DNA of 64,000 nt from the NCBI GenBank assembly GCA_963708185.1, contig OY970195.1, positions 480,001-544,000 of the forward strand, given 5' to 3'. The notes under the pieces were generated by a model. The model was not told where the DNA came from. It searched no databases and was given only the letters and a program-made list of their open reading frames with translations. Origin of the DNA: Candidatus Peregrinibacteria bacterium (lineage in GTDB: Bacteria > Patescibacteriota > Gracilibacteria > UBA1369). The position numbers and the translations under genes were made by a program. Below are positions 60,549-64,000 of the stretch, piece by piece. How positions within the stretch are numbered: position 1 is the first letter of the stretch; each line of letters begins with the position of its first letter.

Positions 60549-62537
60549 ATGGCATCAAAACTTCATGTAAAGAATGTGGCCAAATGGGTTCTGGCCTTGA
60601 TGTTTTTAACCACCGCGTCGTACCTGGTCAACAGAAATGCGACCGACTTCCAGGCGAGCGTGCTTCCCACTGTGCAGGCTCCGCCGTTCGACGGACTGGT
60701 GATGCCGGTTCAACGCACGCCGATCTGGACCTCTCTGACCACAAGCGAATACCACGCGAGCTATGACCAGATTCCCTCGGATAAAATGGGGCCGCCTCCG
60801 GTCTATGATGCCACTACGTTGAAAACTCCCGTTGAACAACTCGGATGGAAGACCGCGAGCGATCTCGTCATCAGAAATGCAAAAATCACCTACAGTACTC
60901 CGTACATGGGAGACTATAAGCTTGACGGTATCGAAGGAGCCGGGAGCCATTTGGCCGTGGACATCAAGGTTCCGATGGGCACACCCGTCTACGCCATCGG
61001 GAACGGTGTCGTGGTTACTGTTTCGACCATTACGACGGGTTTCGGAACGCATATCGTGATCCGGCATGACAACTTCCCTTCTTACGATAATCCGAATGTC
61101 CTGACCACCTATTATTCAACTTACAACCATTTGAGCCAGGCGATCGTGAGTGAAGGACAAGTCGTGTTGAAAGGTCAGCAAATTGCTTTGAGCGGAGAAA
61201 GCGGTGACGCGACAACTCCGCATGTCCATTTCCAGATCGATAATGATAACGCTCCGTGGCATCCGTACTGGCCGTTTACCTACCAGGAAGCCGCCGCCGC
61301 AGGATACGATTTTACGTCTGCGATCAATGCCGGCTTCGGTCGTGAAAAGGCTCTGGCCACCACGATCAATCCTTTGATGTATGTTCAGAAATATATGAAT
61401 TCGAGCGGAGTTTCGTCTTCAGCGACAACTTCAAGCACCACTCCCGCACCATCACCGAGTCCAACGCTGGCTCCGGCACCAAGTCCTACACCCGCACCAC
61501 AGCCGACTTCAACTTCAACAGCTCCGATTGCCGACGTTCCGACTTCGACGGCAACAACTCCGACGACCGAAGAAGAAACCCAGCAGCCGGTTTCCGTTGC
61601 TCCCGCTCCACCGCAGGTCACGGTCAGCGATCCCGCAGTGAGCCTGGAAGTGAACACTGATCAAAACTTCGTGGTCGGTTCCAACCAGACCATCACCGTC
61701 AAAGCTCTCGACGCTCACGGTGACGTCACTTCGGACTATCATCCCGTCAACGGTTTGACCTTCATGGTCGCCAACGGCGGTGCCACACTCGGAAAAGCAA
61801 ATTTCAGCGCTTCTGAAATCAAAGGCGGGACCGTCAGCACAACGTTCACGCCGACCGGCCCGCAGGGGTTGCGTATCCAGGCGAGTGATGGTGATCTCTC
61901 CGGCTACAGCGATATGATGCAGAGTGTTCTCTTCAGCGATGTTGCCGGCAGCAGCGACATTGCATCAGCCTTACAGTTCCTAAAAGACCATGATGTCGTG
62001 GGCGGTTATCCCGACGGAAGTTTCAAACCCGGGAACGTAGTTTCACGCGTTGAAGCCCTGAAGTTTATTCTGAAAGGCACCAACAAACAGATTCAGACCG
62101 TGGGCAGACTTCCTTTCAAGGATACAGATTCCAACCAGTGGTACGCCAACTATGTGGCGACCGCTTACAATAGCAGCATCGTCGGCGGTTATCCCGACCT
62201 CACCTTCAAACCGGCGAATACCGTCAACCGCGCTGAATTCCTCAAGATGCTCCTGCTGGCGATGAACGTGAAACTGGATACCAATGTCACCCAGGATGTC
62301 TTCACCGATGTCCCGAAGGACAGCTGGTATGCTCCGTACGTAAAATATGCCAAGGACAAGAACCTCATCGACAGCGGAAGTAACAAGTTCAATCCTGAAG
62401 AAGGCATGACGCGTTCGGAAGTTGCCGAAGTTATTTACCGCACCATCGTCCTGAAACTTACCGGCCAGCCGAAGTACCAGAACAGTTTGGTGGTTTCCAG
62501 TGCTTCCGCGGACCAGTACTTCAGAAACGCGACCTAA
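60549..62537 (+). CDS. M23 peptidase + Pro/Thr linker + Ig-like domain + three SLH domains
   Basis: HLAVD (HxxxD), HVHF (HxH); SLH GYPDGSFKP...SRVE, GYPDLTFKP...NRAE, FNPEEGMTRSE. Confidence 0.85.
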   Translation: MASKLHVKNVAKWVLALMFLTTASYLVNRNATDFQASVLPTVQAPPFDGLVMPVQRTPIWTSLTTSEYHASYDQIPSDKMGPPPVYDATTLKTPVEQLGWKTASDLVIRNAKITYSTPYMGDYKLDGIEGAGSHLAVDIKVPMGTPVYAIGNGVVVTVSTITTGFGTHIVIRHDNFPSYDNPNVLTTYYSTYNHLSQAIVSEGQVVLKGQQIALSGESGDATTPHVHFQIDNDNAPWHPYWPFTYQEAAAAGYDFTSAINAGFGREKALATTINPLMYVQKYMNSSGVSSSATTSSTTPAPSPSPTLAPAPSPTPAPQPTSTSTAPIADVPTSTATTPTTEEETQQPVSVAPAPPQVTVSDPAVSLEVNTDQNFVVGSNQTITVKALDAHGDVTSDYHPVNGLTFMVANGGATLGKANFSASEIKGGTVSTTFTPTGPQGLRIQASDGDLSGYSDMMQSVLFSDVAGSSDIASALQFLKDHDVVGGYPDGSFKPGNVVSRVEALKFILKGTNKQIQTVGRLPFKDTDSNQWYANYVATAYNSSIVGGYPDLTFKPANTVNRAEFLKMLLLAMNVKLDTNVTQDVFTDVPKDSWYAPYVKYAKDKNLIDSGSNKFNPEEGMTRSEVAEVIYRTIVLKLTGQPKYQNSLVVSSASADQYFRNAT

Positions 62538-62623
62538 AAGGATTCGCGGAGAGGTGCCATTATTATGGATTTCTCGAGGCGAGTCGTGTAGAATGCTCCT
62601 GCTTTCGCGTGTTTTCAGTATGT

Positions 62624-62700
62624 GCGCCCGTAGCTCAGTCGGATAGAGCAACAGCCTTCTAAGCTGTGGGTCGGCCGTTCGAATCGGCCCGGGCGCACCA
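62624..62700 (+). tRNA. tRNA-Arg (TCT)
   Basis: GCGCCCG/CGGGCGC acceptor stem, ACAGC-CTTCTAA-GCTGT anticodon arm, CCA. Confidence 0.95.
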
Positions 62701-62746
62701 ATGTTCAACTTTTTGCAATTTCCGGTTCTGTGCGGTGGGATACGTG

Positions 62747-62770
62747 GTTCCAATCGGCCCGGGCGCACCA
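62747..62770 (+). repeat. Direct repeat of the 3' end of tRNA-Arg (att-like)
   Basis: GTTCCAATCGGCCCGGGCGCACCA matches 62677-62700 at 23 of 24 nt. Confidence 0.85.
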
Positions 62771-62855
62771 TTTGTTTATAACGCGATGTTTTAAAAACTT
62801 GATTTTTTCGGAAAATGTTGTTATATTGCTGATCTAGTTCTTTTGTGCCCTGGAT

Positions 62856-63434
62856 ATGCAACTTCAGGAAGATGAAAGCAAGATCAAAACCTTTTTCCAC
62901 CACCCGTTCCCGTTTTTTATCAAGGCGGTGAAGATTGCCATTGTCAGTTTTCCATTCTTTTTCGTCGCTTCTTTTTTTCAAGGACTACTTGGTCCGATAG
63001 AGATGTTTCTGATTTATGTTGGTATTGCGGCGATTTTTGCTTTGTTCATCGGTCATGAAGGTCTCCTTTATTTTATGGACCGTATCATTGTGACAAATAA
63101 AAGGGTCATTCACGTTGACTGGAAGACACTGTTCGAACGGGAAGAAACCGAAGCCGTACTCATCGATATCCAGGATATTGAAACTTCCGAAATGGGAATT
63201 CTTTCAAGATTCAAAATTTTTGACTTCGGGACATTCCATGTTGAGACCGCTTCCTCAAAGGCTTCGATTATTTTTTACGATGCCACCGATCCCGAAGGCA
63301 TCAAGCATTTCGTCTACCATCTTCTTCAAAAACCTTCTAAAATAATGAGCGAAGCCCTTGAAACATCATCTTATGATCGAGCGTACACGGAAGAAAGCGA
63401 AGAGGCTGGTGTCGGCAGAAGCAGGCAACGATGA
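62856..63434 (+). CDS. Bacterial PH-domain (bPH_2-like) membrane protein
   Basis: Two TMs, then IIVTNKRVI...IQDI...[12 protein letters not shown]. Confidence 0.75.
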   Translation: MQLQEDESKIKTFFHHPFPFFIKAVKIAIVSFPFFFVASFFQGLLGPIEMFLIYVGIAAIFALFIGHEGLLYFMDRIIVTNKRVIHVDWKTLFEREETEAVLIDIQDIETSEMGILSRFKIFDFGTFHVETASSKASIIFYDATDPEGIKHFVYHLLQKPSKIMSEALETSSYDRAYTEESEEAGVGRSRQR

Positions 63435-64000
63435 AGCCGTCCAGAAGGATTCTACCCAGGAAGCCGAAAACACCCTTCGTCCCCAGAAAATCGAAGACTA
63501 CATCGGCCAGGATGAGATCAAAAAGAATCTGAAGATCTTTATTCACGCTGCCCAAAAACGCGGTGAATCTTTGGAACACGTGCTTCTGCACGGGCCTCCG
63601 GGTCTGGGGAAAACGACCCTGGCGCACATCATCGCGCATGAAATGGGCGTCAACATTCGCGTAACGTCCGGTCCTGCCTTGGAAAAACAGGGCGACGTGG
63701 CTTCGATCATCACCAACCTTCGCGACGGCGATATCCTTTTTATCGATGAGATCCACCGCCTGAAACCGGTCGTGGAGGAGGTTTTGTATACGGCGATGGA
63801 AGATTTTGGGATAGATTTGATCATCGGCAAGGGGCCGTCAGCCAGATCGATGCGTTTGAAACTTCCAAAGTTCACCCTCATCGGCGCGACGACGAAGATG
63901 AGTATGCTTTCTTCCCCGCTGCGCGACCGTTTCGGGTCGCTCTACCATCTGGACTTTTATACGCATGAGGACATCGAAAAAATCATCCTGCGTTCCGGAA
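63373..64000 (+). CDS. ruvB: Holliday junction branch migration helicase RuvB (cut by window edge)
   Basis: Not in the ORF track; reads [47 protein letters not shown]. Confidence 0.97.
   Translation, partial: MIERTRKKAKRLVSAEAGNDEAVQKDSTQEAENTLRPQKIEDYIGQDEIKKNLKIFIHAAQKRGESLEHVLLHGPPGLGKTTLAHIIAHEMGVNIRVTSGPALEKQGDVASIITNLRDGDILFIDEIHRLKPVVEEVLYTAMEDFGIDLIIGKGPSARSMRLKLPKFTLIGATTKMSMLSSPLRDRFGSLYHLDFYTHEDIEKIILRSG

Noticed and set aside
62541-62585. Imperfect hairpin after the M23-SLH gene as a possible ncRNA
   Set aside because: Short and single copy; more simply a 3' stability or termination hairpin.
62043-62981. 312-aa minus-strand ORF
   Set aside because: Runs antisense across the SLH gene, tRNA-Arg and the next gene.
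63373-63434. 62-nt overlap between the PH-domain gene and ruvB
   Set aside because: Both overlapping segments look like unconserved termini and the ruvB start is uncertain; no sign of frameshifting.

Overview
A 64-kb, gene-dense stretch of bacterial chromosome read with genetic code 11. Gene content points to a Patescibacteria (CPR) genome, probably Peregrinibacteria-like; this is an inference from a VirB2/TrbC-like pilin, two VirB4/VirD4-like ATPases, sigma4 + HARE-HTH proteins and start regions without Shine-Dalgarno motifs. Most genes are housekeeping: rpsB, tsf, ribBA, ribD, queA, cysS, murC, glyQS, dtd, rlmN, valS, nadC, dnaE, aspS, tsaE, ruvB and four tRNAs. Cell-envelope genes include GT4 glycosyltransferases, a Wzz/Wzc-like protein, an LCP protein, a 3D/peptidoglycan-binding protein, an M23-SLH protein and an Ig/FN3 surface protein. 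I saw no CRISPR array, transposase, integrase or rRNA gene. The best candidates for an undescribed system are: (1) a single protein fusing an ATP-grasp amino-acid ligase, a retropepsin-like domain and a DUF1704/MATCAP-type carboxypeptidase, translationally coupled to a PKD-7TM membrane protein that ends in -EEE, suggesting a writer/eraser cycle for C-terminal peptide tags; (2) a split partner-switching circuit (RsbW-STAS-PrsW, and NTT-like/HEAT transporter-STAS-PP2C) with no sigma factor nearby; (3) an archaeal-type CarS gene overlapping a CDP-alcohol phosphotransferase gene. All family assignments come from reading motifs by eye; no searches were run.
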